Shown here: positions 43,102-52,407 of the stretch, piece after piece
Layout: every line of letters begins with the position of its first letter
Position numbering within the stretch: the first letter of the stretch is position 1
Translations under genes and position numbers: made by a program
Notes under the pieces: model-generated
Databases searched by the model: none
What the model was told of the DNA's origin: nothing
What the model saw: the letters and a program-made list of their open reading frames with translations, nothing else
Assembly: GCA_026647215.1 (NCBI GenBank)
Contig: JAPKHC010000005.1
Span: 64,316-128,315, forward strand
From: Planctomycetota bacterium
GTDB taxonomy: Bacteria; Planctomycetota; UBA1135; GCA-002686595
Length of the DNA stretch: 64,000 nucleotides
Direction of reading: 5' to 3'

Positions 43102-45873
43102 ATGACGATCCGCCGCTCCCCCCTGTCCGTCCGTTCCTCCTTGATCGTGCTGGCCCTGCTGCTGCCAAGCTGCGCCAGCTCGAACGGCACCTCCGGAACC
43201 CCGCCCACCGGCGCGAACTCGGCGGCCGCGCTCTCCAAGCTCGTGCGCGAAGCTGCACCGCTGGGAATCAAGCTCGGCCAACCGCCCTCGCCTGCGCTGC
43301 TCGCCCAGTTTGGGCCGAAGGACTGGGAGAAGGGCGACTTCCAGCGCTGGAGCGCGTGCCTGCTCGCGCTGAACCCGTCGAGCGAGGTCTATCGCGTTCG
43401 TGCGCTCGGCGTCGATCCGACGCAGCCCGTCGCCGCGATCGAGGTCACGACGGTTCTCGAGCGTTCGGTCGACCGCGAGAAGCTGCTCTCGGACGCGGGT
43501 GTCGCGCGCAAGGCGTGGGTCGGCGAATGGCGCGGCCTCTTCCGGCCCGTGAAGGGCGAGCTGTACGGAGACCACGTCTTCGGCGTGGGCGAGCGGCTCG
43601 ACTGCTACGAGAGCACTCTCGACGGTGTCTGGCTGCTGATCGACGCAGCGGGCGCCTTCTACGGCTTCGTGCGCGCCAAGGATGCAACGCAACTCGAGCG
43701 GGCCGTGCTCACGAATACGCCACGGCAACTCGTGCGCGAGATCGAGCAGCGGCTCGCGCGGGGCGAGGTGGTCGAGGCGAGGGATCTGGCGTTGCGCTTC
43801 CAAGAGCGCGCCGGCGCCGGGATCGCGCCCGCGCTGCAGGCCGTCGAGGTCGCGTTTGCGGAGCGCAATGCGCAGCTTGGTGCTGAGGCCGCGACGGTGT
43901 TCGCGGAATGGAAGGCGCGTTTCGATGCGCGCGCCCAAGGCGAAGAACGAGCGTTGCGCGCGCTCTTGAGCGAGCTGAGCGACCTCTGCCATCGTTTCCA
44001 GCGCATCCCCGAGGCGGAAGGCTGGGGCGCCGTGGTGCGTGCGGAGCTTTCGGTTTTCGCAAGGGAACGCGCAGCCTCGGATCGTCTTGGCATGCACGCG
44101 AGCGTGTGGGGCGCCTACGCGGCCGACGGAGCTTTCACACCGCAGGAGCTCGTGGTCGCGCTGAAGGCCGCCGATCGGATCGAGGAGCTCGCGAGTTCAA
44201 AAGCCGTCGAAGAGGGCTGGCGCAACCTGCTGCCCAGTTCCTTGCCTTCCCACGTACTGACCGCGATGCGCGCGCGAGTTCCCGGTGTGTTCGCCGAGCG
44301 GCTGCGGCGCGAGGTCGGAGCGCCCAACGAGGGTCCGGCCGTGCGCACGCTCGCGCTCGCGATGGCCGAGTCCGACACGACGGACCCGACGTACTACGCG
44401 CTGCAACGCATGAAGGACGCGCAGTCGCTCGACTCCGCATTCGCGAGGGTCTTCGATCGGCCCGAGATGATCGGGCACCTCTCGAACAAGCTCAGCTCCC
44501 CGCTCGAGGGCCTGAACGAGACGCCGAGCTGGATCCGGTTCCGCGCCCAGGTGCCGACGATCGTGCGCGCCGAGTTCGTGCGGCGCGCGGAGCAGGCGCG
44601 GGCGTGGGCGCTTCCCGCGACGGAGGCGATGAACTGGCTTTCGGCGGCGATGGTCTCGCGTACATCGTTCCCGGAGCCCGAGCGTCTCGTCGACGTCCTC
44701 AGGCAAGGCTCGCGCGATCCGGATCCGCTGGTCGCGAACGCGCGCAACGCGCTCGCTCCGCTCGTCGCGCGTCACTACCCGCCGCTGCACGCGACGGTGG
44801 CGCACTTCGAGCGGCTGGAGCAACTCTTCCGGCGTCTGCCGATCGCGCGCTTCCCGGCGTTCTGGCAGCTCGGACTGCGCCTGGACAGCGTCGCGGAGCT
44901 GCGCGAGGCCGCGCGGCTCGCGGAGCGTGGCGCCGACATCCCGTGGATCCAGCTCGTTTCCGACGGCATCGAGAGATTGCGTGTCGCCGACGTGCCGAAC
45001 GAGCCGGCACCCACGCCTCCCGACGTCTCGCTCGCGTGGCTGGGCTTCGACCTGCCGCCCGAGCTGCGCGACGAGAAGGCCTGGATCAACGCCGAGCAGG
45101 TCGCGATCGACGCGGAGGCGAAGCGCATCGCGGAACTCAAGGCCGCCCACGACCTCGCGTTCGCCGCGCACAAGGCGCGTCAGGACACCTTCAGGGCCTC
45201 GATGGAGGAACGCCTGAAGGCGGGCCAGAAGAACGCGCTGGAGAACGAGGCTCGCGACATGGACCTCGTGTCCGACCGCCTGCGCGAGGAGAACGAGGCG
45301 AACAACGTCGCCGTGCGGGCCTTCAATGCCCGCATCGTTCCGTTCAACGAGCGCGTCACGCGCTTCAACGACCGTTACTACTTCCTGCTCGGCGACAAGA
45401 CGGCGCAGCTCGACACGCAACTCAACGACGCGCTCGCGCGCTGGCGGACGGAGCACGCGACGGCGCCTGTGGACGTCGCAGGCGATGCGCTGCGCGCGGA
45501 CTGGACACGCAAGGAAGCGACGTTCGCGGCGGAGTGGTTCGACGCGGAGGACAGCCCGCTCCCCTACGACCTGCGTGCGCCCAAGCGGCCGAGCCAAGGG
45601 GCGGCGAATGCGCTCATCGCGGAGCTCGAGCGGTCGCTGTGGATGCAGGCGGGCGCGAAGGGCATCGGCGAGCAGCTCGGTCTCGCCATCGCACGCGACG
45701 TCGAGCTCTCCGGCACTGTACGGACAAGCCTGCGCGAGGCCCTGGCGACCTACCGGGGCCGCTTCGGCGCCGAGGCGCTACGGGCGCACCTGCTGACGGG
45801 CTGCAGCGCGGTCGAGCGCCTCAAGGTCGTGCCGGCGCTGCCACCCGACGTCCGCTCCGCCCTCGGCATCTGA
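43102..45873 (+). CDS. large (923 aa) predominantly helical lipoprotein of unknown function
   Basis: Internal ATG of ORF 42496..45873. MTIRRSPLSVRSSLIVLALLLPSCAS lipobox. Ala/Arg/Glu-rich with a coiled-coil-like stretch (AEAKRIAELKAAHDLAFAAHKARQDTF...). No motif I recognise. Confidence 0.55.
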   Translation: MTIRRSPLSVRSSLIVLALLLPSCASSNGTSGTPPTGANSAAALSKLVREAAPLGIKLGQPPSPALLAQFGPKDWEKGDFQRWSACLLALNPSSEVYRVRALGVDPTQPVAAIEVTTVLERSVDREKLLSDAGVARKAWVGEWRGLFRPVKGELYGDHVFGVGERLDCYESTLDGVWLLIDAAGAFYGFVRAKDATQLERAVLTNTPRQLVREIEQRLARGEVVEARDLALRFQERAGAGIAPALQAVEVAFAERNAQLGAEAATVFAEWKARFDARAQGEERALRALLSELSDLCHRFQRIPEAEGWGAVVRAELSVFARERAASDRLGMHASVWGAYAADGAFTPQELVVALKAADRIEELASSKAVEEGWRNLLPSSLPSHVLTAMRARVPGVFAERLRREVGAPNEGPAVRTLALAMAESDTTDPTYYALQRMKDAQSLDSAFARVFDRPEMIGHLSNKLSSPLEGLNETPSWIRFRAQVPTIVRAEFVRRAEQARAWALPATEAMNWLSAAMVSRTSFPEPERLVDVLRQGSRDPDPLVANARNALAPLVARHYPPLHATVAHFERLEQLFRRLPIARFPAFWQLGLRLDSVAELREAARLAERGADIPWIQLVSDGIERLRVADVPNEPAPTPPDVSLAWLGFDLPPELRDEKAWINAEQVAIDAEAKRIAELKAAHDLAFAAHKARQDTFRASMEERLKAGQKNALENEARDMDLVSDRLREENEANNVAVRAFNARIVPFNERVTRFNDRYYFLLGDKTAQLDTQLNDALARWRTEHATAPVDVAGDALRADWTRKEATFAAEWFDAEDSPLPYDLRAPKRPSQGAANALIAELERSLWMQAGAKGIGEQLGLAIARDVELSGTVRTSLREALATYRGRFGAEALRAHLLTGCSAVERLKVVPALPPDVRSALGI

Positions 45874-46050
45874 GGCTCCGGTAGCTCGGACCTCCCCAAT
45901 TGGAAATTCCTTCCGGCGTGCACGGTCCCCCGGCGCGGCGGAGAGAGGGGCGCGAACTCTCTCGCGAGCGTTCGTGCAGTGCTGGCGAGCGCGGCTCCGA
46001 AACAGGGCGCAGGCCTCCCGCCCCGTTGGGCGCGGGAGCGCGTCGTTCCC

Positions 46051-46614
46051 ATGCTGCGCCGCCGAACCCTGCCCACCGAGCCCTCGCGTACGCGAGGCAT
46101 GACGCTGCTCGAGGTGACGATCTCGATCGCCGTGATGACGATCGCGATGGCGATGTTCTCGAGCGTGATCACGACCACGACACGCATCGGCACGGAGAAG
46201 CGCCTCGCCAGCGTCGCGTCGCATGCCGCGCGCAGCCAGCTCGAGCGCCTGCGCTGCCAGCCCTTCGGGCAAGTGTGGCGGCTCTACAACGAGAGCGGCG
46301 CCGATGACCCTGCCGGAGCGGGCACCGGACCCGGTCCGCACTTCGAGGTGCCGGGCCTCGTTCCGCTGCCGACCGACGCCGATGGCTTCGTCGGGCGCGT
46401 CATCCTCCCGCACTCCGAGAAGCTGTTGCTCGAGAGTGTGCTGGACGAGCCGTTCGGCCTTCCGCGCGACCTCAACGGCGACACGCTGATCGACGACCTC
46501 AACCACGCGCTCGACTACGCGATCCTGCCGGTGATGGTCGAGCTCGAGTGGCAGACGCCGCTCGGTCCGCGGCGCCTGGAGATGCACACGATGCTCGCGG
46601 GGTACGGGGGCTAG
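46051..46614 (+). CDS. prepilin-type N-terminal cleavage/methylation domain protein (minor pseudopilin, GspH/I-like)
   Basis: MLRRRTLPTEPSRTRG-MTLLEVTISIAVMTIAMAMF is the G/(M,F)TLxE prepilin motif plus a hydrophobic helix. 187 aa from the second ATG. Confidence 0.65.
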   Translation: MLRRRTLPTEPSRTRGMTLLEVTISIAVMTIAMAMFSSVITTTTRIGTEKRLASVASHAARSQLERLRCQPFGQVWRLYNESGADDPAGAGTGPGPHFEVPGLVPLPTDADGFVGRVILPHSEKLLLESVLDEPFGLPRDLNGDTLIDDLNHALDYAILPVMVELEWQTPLGPRRLEMHTMLAGYGG

Positions 46615-47214
46615 ATGGCGGCGCGCTTCGCACGGCGAGCCGGCTTCACGCTGCTCGAGATCCTGATCGCCCTCACGGTGGTCGGGCTCGTGCTCGGCAA
46701 CATCGTGATGGTGATGCGCTCGAGCAGCGACGCGCACGACGAGGAGACCTCGCGGGCCACGCTCGAACTGCAGCTCGACCAGACGCTCGACCGCATCGTG
46801 CTGGCGCTGATGGCGGCGAGTTCCGAGTCGCTCGAACCCGGCGCGAGCGCGCCAGCGTTCCACGACCGCATGGAGTACATGCAGAGCCTCGGCGTGAACG
46901 ACGGCAAGCTCGTGCTCGGCGCGCCCGAGCGCATCGAGATGCGCATCGACCGCGGCGAGATCGTGTGGATCGAGAATCCCGAGAGCGTCGGCGAGCGCCT
47001 GGCGACCTGGAGCCGCTGGGTGCGCGAGTACCTCGAGGGCGAGGAACCCAACGGCGTCGATGACAACGACAACGGGCTGGTGGACGAGAGCGGCCTCGCC
47101 TTCGTGCTCGACGGCACCCAGGTGACGGTGATGCTCTCGCTCGAGCGCCGCGAATCCAACGGACGAACGGTCGTGTACTCGCGCACCGCGATCGTGCACT
47201 GCCGCAACGGCTAG
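46615..47214 (+). CDS. prepilin-type minor pseudopilin (GspJ/PulJ-like)
   Basis: ARRAG-FTLLEILIALTVVGLVLGNIVMV. The ATG immediately follows the previous stop. 199 aa. Confidence 0.7.
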   Translation: MAARFARRAGFTLLEILIALTVVGLVLGNIVMVMRSSSDAHDEETSRATLELQLDQTLDRIVLALMAASSESLEPGASAPAFHDRMEYMQSLGVNDGKLVLGAPERIEMRIDRGEIVWIENPESVGERLATWSRWVREYLEGEEPNGVDDNDNGLVDESGLAFVLDGTQVTVMLSLERRESNGRTVVYSRTAIVHCRNG

Positions 47215-47225
47215 GAGAGACATCC

Positions 47226-48683
47226 ATGCACAGGGGAATCGGAAGAGGACGACGTTCGCGCCGCGGGGGCGTGCTCGTGGCCACGCTGGTCGCGACGATC
47301 GCCATCGGCGCGCTCAGCGTGTGCCTGCTCGAGCTCGACTCGACGCGCCTGCGGCAGCAGGTGGCGAGCATCGACAACAAGCGCGCCTTCAACCTGGCGG
47401 AGGCAGGGCTCGCGGAGGCCTATTTCTCCGTGAAATCGGGCTTCTCCGGGAACATCGGCACACAGGCGGATCCGGCCAAGTACGGCGACGGGCTGTTCTG
47501 GGTCGAGGCGACCGAGCTCGGCGAGAACGTGATCGGCATGGAGAGCACCGGCATGTCGGGCTCGGGCCGCGCGACCCTGTCGCTGGTCGTCAAGCGCCAG
47601 TCGCAGAGCCTCGCCTCGATGGGCGTGATGAGCTCCCAGGACATCACCGTCGGCGCGCGCGCGCTCGTCGACGCCTACGACTCCAAGGGCGGAAGCGGCC
47701 TGCCGCTGATCGACCCGCTCACGGCGCCGCCCGCGCCGCTGCGCAGCAACGGCAACATCTCGATCGGCGCCGCAGGCATCGTGCGCGGCAACGCCGTGCC
47801 CGGCCCCGGCGGCTCGGTCAGCTTCGGGTTGCTCTCGATCGTCACGGGCTCGACCACGCCGGCCTCGAGCCCGGTCTCGATGGTGCCCGTCGAGGTTCCG
47901 TCGTTCACCAAGTCCGCAGACATCGAGCTGTCGGGCAGTGCCAAGCACGTGATCGACTCGCCGGAAGCGCAGGTGGACCGCATCGTCGTCGGCACGGGCA
48001 CGACGCTCACGCTGCGCGGTCCCACGCGGGTCGTCGTCGACCAGCTCACGGTGCAGGGCGGCGGAGGGTTCGAGATCGACACGACCGGCGGCAAGGTCGA
48101 GCTGTACGTCACCGACTGGCTCAACCTGGCGAGCACCGCGAAGCTCGGGTTTCCTGCGCAGGACACCGCCGGTTTCAAGCTGATCGCGACGGCCACGGGC
48201 TCGCGCGATCGCGACGGGGACGGCACGGCAGATCCGGCAGTCCGGTTCCAGGCCAACGGGCCGTTCTTCGGGTCGCTCTACGCACCGAACGCGCGCCTCG
48301 CGCTGCAGCCGGCCTGCGAGATCTACGGTTCTGTGGCGGCGCAACGTCTCGTGATCGCCGACGGAGCGAAGGTGCACTTCGACGCGGCGCTGCTGACGGC
48401 CGACACCGCGGCGACGACGCTCGTGACGCCCCTTTCCTGGCGCGTGGTCGACATTCCCGTGCAGGTGGCGCGCGACCTGAGCGAGGACCCGTTCGACGTG
48501 CTCGCGGTCGACGAGGCCACGCTGTCGAAGCCTTCCGAGTCGCGCGTCGACTCCGATGTCGAGCTCAGCATCAAGTACCTCGACCTGTCGCTCAGCTTCC
48601 AGTCCTACGTCGGGCCCGAGTCGGCCTTCGACTGGTCGAACGTGTCGAGCGTGATCGGGATCTTCCGCCAGCCGTTGCCATGA
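47226..48683 (+). CDS. large minor pseudopilin/pilus-tip-like protein (PilX_N/GspK-like N-terminus, beta-helix-like body)
   Basis: RRGGVLVATLVATIAIGALSVCLL helix, then QQ....D..RAFNLAEAGL (PilX_N-like pattern). C-terminal GSLYAPNARLAL....EIYGSVAA.RLVIADGAKVHFD resembles TadG/PilX-type ends. Confidence 0.55.
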   Translation: MHRGIGRGRRSRRGGVLVATLVATIAIGALSVCLLELDSTRLRQQVASIDNKRAFNLAEAGLAEAYFSVKSGFSGNIGTQADPAKYGDGLFWVEATELGENVIGMESTGMSGSGRATLSLVVKRQSQSLASMGVMSSQDITVGARALVDAYDSKGGSGLPLIDPLTAPPAPLRSNGNISIGAAGIVRGNAVPGPGGSVSFGLLSIVTGSTTPASSPVSMVPVEVPSFTKSADIELSGSAKHVIDSPEAQVDRIVVGTGTTLTLRGPTRVVVDQLTVQGGGGFEIDTTGGKVELYVTDWLNLASTAKLGFPAQDTAGFKLIATATGSRDRDGDGTADPAVRFQANGPFFGSLYAPNARLALQPACEIYGSVAAQRLVIADGAKVHFDAALLTADTAATTLVTPLSWRVVDIPVQVARDLSEDPFDVLAVDEATLSKPSESRVDSDVELSIKYLDLSLSFQSYVGPESAFDWSNVSSVIGIFRQPLP

Positions 48684-49906
48684 GCCGCTGGACTCGAGTC
48701 CTTCTCCTGCTTGCGCTCGCGGGCCCATCGCGCGCGCAGCACGCGGGACAACCCCTGCGCGACGAGCTCGCACGCTGCACTCCGCAGACGGCGGCCAAGG
48801 TCGTCGAGCGCCTGCGTGCGGCGAAGTCCGAGGGCACGCAGGCATGCCTCGACCTGCTCCTGCGCAGCAAGGGCAACACGAGCGTCACCGTCTCGGAAAC
48901 CGCGCTGGAAGTGCTGCGAACGAGCATGCCTGCGGTGCGGAGCGAGCTCACCACGCTCGCGAGCGCACGCCCCACGCGCGAGAACGCGCGCAGTGCGCTC
49001 ACCGTGCTCGCCGCGCTCGGGGAACTGAAGGACCTGACCCTGGCGCTCGAGCTTGCGGGCAACGCGCCGCCGGCGCCGCCGGCCGAAGTGGGCGACGAGC
49101 TCGACGACCTCGGCCTGCGAGCCTGCGCGACGGAGATCTTCCGGCGTCATGCGGAGCCCGCCGACGCGCTGCGCTCCGCGATCGAACGCGCGCCAGCCGA
49201 GCGGCGGGAGTTGCTCGTCGCCGCGTTGGGCGCGAGCCACACGTATTCAGCGGTCACGCTGCTCGGCACCTGGCTGCTGCGCGAGCGGGGCCCGCGGACC
49301 GCGCTGGTGCGCGCGCTCGGCCAGAGCGTGCGTGCGTTGCCGGCGCCGTTCGACGAGCGCGCCTGCGCGGGCCTGCGCGAGTCGCTCGAGCACGCCGATG
49401 CTCCGGAGTTCCGCGAGGCGGTGCTGTGCGTCGGATGGATGGAAGACGCCGGCGCCGTGGGTTCGCTCGTGCCGCTGTTGCGCTCGCCGCACGCGGGCGT
49501 GAGGGAGGACGCGTTGTGGTCGCTGCGCCGCATCACGGGCGCGCGCATCGGAGCGGACGTTCCGCGTTGGCAACGTTTCGTCGCGGACGAACGCGACTGG
49601 CGGGCGACGCAGCTTCCCGACTTGCTCGACGAACTAGGAGGCGCGGACGCCCGCGCCTCCGGAGCGGCGCTCAACGAGCTCGTGCGCCACCGTTTCCCGC
49701 GCCATGAGATCGCCGCGGCCGTCGGCGCACGCCTCCGCGCACTCGAAGGCGCCCAGTTCGTCTCCGCCTGCGGCCTGCTCGGCCAGCTCGGCTCCCGCGC
49801 GGCCCTCGAGCCGCTCGCGCGCGCTGCGCAGGAACGCCGGCCTGCCGCCGAGCAACGCGCGCTCGCCGATGCACGCAAGCGCCTCCTGGGTCAGGGCCAG
49901 CGTTGA
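48680..49906 (+). CDS. secreted HEAT/armadillo-like repeat protein
   Basis: ATG overlaps the previous TGA (ATGA). Signal peptide MSRWTRVLLLLALAGPSRAQ. Helical repeats with AL..LG......LVPLLRSPHAGVREDALWSL (HEAT-like). Confidence 0.5.
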   Translation: MSRWTRVLLLLALAGPSRAQHAGQPLRDELARCTPQTAAKVVERLRAAKSEGTQACLDLLLRSKGNTSVTVSETALEVLRTSMPAVRSELTTLASARPTRENARSALTVLAALGELKDLTLALELAGNAPPAPPAEVGDELDDLGLRACATEIFRRHAEPADALRSAIERAPAERRELLVAALGASHTYSAVTLLGTWLLRERGPRTALVRALGQSVRALPAPFDERACAGLRESLEHADAPEFREAVLCVGWMEDAGAVGSLVPLLRSPHAGVREDALWSLRRITGARIGADVPRWQRFVADERDWRATQLPDLLDELGGADARASGAALNELVRHRFPRHEIAAAVGARLRALEGAQFVSACGLLGQLGSRAALEPLARAAQERRPAAEQRALADARKRLLGQGQR

Positions 49907-49999
49907 TGCGCACCCGCGCGCGGTCCCCGAACTGAAACAACCCAGCTCCCCGCCCCGCCCCCTCTCAAGGGCGCTCCGTTCGCGGCCGATCCGCGGGAC

Positions 50000-50467
50000 G
50001 TGACGACGCCGCCCACCCCGATCCGCCATCGCCGCCGCATCCGTCTCGTGCGGCCGCGGCTGCAGCTGCGCCTGATGGGCGCGTTCCTCGGCGTCGCGCT
50101 GCTCGCGCTCACGCTGCAGTACCTCGTGTTCCAGCGGGTGCTGGTCGAGGCCGCGGCGGAACTGCCCCACGACGGCGCAGCGCTGCTGGTGCAGACCAAC
50201 GGGCGCCTCGCGCTGGTGTTCGGCGTCACCGTGCTGTTGCTCCTCCCGGCGACGTTCGCGGTCGGCCTGCTCGTGACCCATCGCCTCGTCGGGCCGATCT
50301 ACCGCTTCGAGAAGTACCTCGCGCAGGTGATCGCGGGCGAGACGCGCGAGCCGTGCCGCATCCGCAAGGGCGACGAGCTCGTCGAGCTGTGCGAGCTCAT
50401 CAACCGCGCCACGGAGCCTGTCCGGCAGCCATCAGCTTCCACCGACGAGCGCGAGCTCGCGGCCTGA
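50000..50467 (+). CDS. small two-TM HAMP-like membrane protein
   Basis: 155 aa with a GTG start. TM helices LMGAFLGVALLALTLQYLVF and LALVFGVTVLLLLPATFAVGLLV, followed by THRLVGPIYRFEKYL and GDELVELCELIN (HAMP-like). Lies 6 nt upstream of the histidine kinase. Confidence 0.5.
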   Translation: MTTPPTPIRHRRRIRLVRPRLQLRLMGAFLGVALLALTLQYLVFQRVLVEAAAELPHDGAALLVQTNGRLALVFGVTVLLLLPATFAVGLLVTHRLVGPIYRFEKYLAQVIAGETREPCRIRKGDELVELCELINRATEPVRQPSASTDERELAA

Positions 50468-50473
50468 GCGTCG

Positions 50474-52399
50474 ATGAAGCTGCGCGCGAAGATCACGCTG
50501 ATCGTCGCCGGTGTGGTCGCGAGCTACGCGCTGCTCGACCACGCCCTGCAACGCTGGATCGTCCAGCCGCGTTTCGACGAGCTCGAGCGCCGCACGGCCC
50601 AGACCGATGCGTCGCGCGTGCGCCGTGCGTTGACCGCGGAACTCTCCGCGCTGGAAGCGCGTTGCTCGGAGTGGGCCGCGTGGAACGAGACCTGCGCGTT
50701 CGTCGCGGGGGCGCGCGACGACTCCGACCCCGAACGCACGCGGCGTGTCGCGGAGTTCCGCGAGCGCAACCTCGGGCTGGAAGCCTTCCGCCAATCGCGC
50801 ATCGACCTGCTCTACCTCGTCGACGCCGATGGAAGCGTGCGTTTCGGCCGCGTGCGCGACCTCGAGAGCGGTGCCGAGCTGCGCCTCGCCGAGCTCGACT
50901 TCGACCGACTCACCCCCGGCCACCCGTTCCTGCTGCAGCCCGGTCGCGCGGGCGCGGCGGAGTCGCGGCAGGTCGGCGGGCTCGTGCTCACCGGTCTCGG
51001 GCCGATGTTCGTCGCCTCGCGGCCGCTCGCGTGCGGCGAAGGCGGCTCGGTGATCCTCGGACGCATCCTTTCGCCGTCGGTGCTCGAGACGCTCGCGGCG
51101 CGCACGGAAGTGCCGTTCGAGGTGCTGCGCCTCGATGGCGAGCTGCCTGCGCGCGACGCGGACGTCCTCGACGAGGCCACGGCGTCGGTCGAGCCCGTCG
51201 TCGCCACTCGGGACGAGCACGCACTCGACGCCTGGGTCGCCCTCGACGACCTGCGCGGCCGTCCGGCGCTGCTCGTGCGTGCCACGCTGCCGCGCTCGAT
51301 CTCCGCGAGCGGCTCGGATGCGCTGCGTTTCGCGCTCGTCTCGACCATCGCGGCGGGCATGCTGCTCCTGTTCGTGCTGCTCGCGGTCCTGCGGCGCGCC
51401 GTGATCGACCCCATCGCGCGCCTCACCGACCACGCGCTCGAGATCGGTCGCACGGACGACTACGGCCGCAAGGTCGCGCTCGAGCGCGACGACGAGCTCG
51501 GAGTCCTCTCGCGCGAGCTCGAGAGCATGATGGGCAAGCTCGAGACCTCGCGAGCGCAGCTGGTCGACACCGCACGCGCCGCCGGCATGAGCGAGATCGC
51601 CACGGGCATCCTGCACAACGTCGGCAACGTCCTGAACAGCGTCAGCGTGTCGTCCGGTCAGATCGCGCATCGGCTCAAGGAATCGCGCCTGCCGAAGCTG
51701 CTCAAGCTGGCGGAGCTCGTCCGCGACAAGGGCGAGAACCTCGGCGCGTTCATCGCGAACGACCCCAAGGGCAAGCACGTCGCGCCGTTCCTGCTCGACG
51801 TCAGCGAGGCGCTGCGGCAGGAGCGTGAGGAGCTCGAGGAAGAATCGCGTGCGCTGCAGGAAGGTGTCGAGCACATCGCCAAGCTCGTGCAGTCGCAGCA
51901 GGAACTCGCGGGCCACAAGGAGCTGCTCGAGCCTGTCGAGCTCGGGCCGCAGGTCGCGCTGGCGTGGAGCCTCGTCTCGCGCGGGCTCGGCCCCGGTCTC
52001 GCTCCGCAGTTCGAGGACTCGATTCCCGACCTCGGCCGCGTGCTCGTCGACCGCCATCGCCTCGTGCAGGTGCTCGTCAACCTGCTCAAGAACGCCTGCG
52101 AGTCCGTGCGCGACGCCGGACGCCGGCCGGGCCGGATCACGGTCGGCGTCGAGCGCTCCGGCGAGCGCCTCTCGATCACGGTGAGCGACGACGGACTGGG
52201 CTTCGACGAGGCGACCGGTGCGCAGCTCTTCCGCCACGGCTTCACCACCAAACCCGGAGGCCACGGCTTCGGGCTCCATTCGTGCGCCAACGCCGCCACC
52301 GAGATGGGTGGCAGCTTGAGCGCCCGCAGCGACGGTCCCGGTCGCGGCGCCACGTTCGTGCTCGAGATCCACGCGCCCGCGCGCCGCGCTGCCGCGTAG
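50474..52399 (+). CDS. sensor histidine kinase with CHASE4-like periplasmic domain and HAMP
   Basis: 641 aa. N-terminal TM, then the CHASE4-like pattern (W......F........F......LG......DLLYLVDADG). Second TM, then HAMP (IDPIARLTDHALEIG...DELGVLSRELESM). H-box GMSEIATGILHNVGNVLNS. ATPase motifs LVNLLKNACES, DDGLGF and GHGFGLH. Confidence 0.8.
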   Translation: MKLRAKITLIVAGVVASYALLDHALQRWIVQPRFDELERRTAQTDASRVRRALTAELSALEARCSEWAAWNETCAFVAGARDDSDPERTRRVAEFRERNLGLEAFRQSRIDLLYLVDADGSVRFGRVRDLESGAELRLAELDFDRLTPGHPFLLQPGRAGAAESRQVGGLVLTGLGPMFVASRPLACGEGGSVILGRILSPSVLETLAARTEVPFEVLRLDGELPARDADVLDEATASVEPVVATRDEHALDAWVALDDLRGRPALLVRATLPRSISASGSDALRFALVSTIAAGMLLLFVLLAVLRRAVIDPIARLTDHALEIGRTDDYGRKVALERDDELGVLSRELESMMGKLETSRAQLVDTARAAGMSEIATGILHNVGNVLNSVSVSSGQIAHRLKESRLPKLLKLAELVRDKGENLGAFIANDPKGKHVAPFLLDVSEALRQEREELEEESRALQEGVEHIAKLVQSQQELAGHKELLEPVELGPQVALAWSLVSRGLGPGLAPQFEDSIPDLGRVLVDRHRLVQVLVNLLKNACESVRDAGRRPGRITVGVERSGERLSITVSDDGLGFDEATGAQLFRHGFTTKPGGHGFGLHSCANAATEMGGSLSARSDGPGRGATFVLEIHAPARRAAA

Positions 52400-52407
52400 A
52401 GGACCCC

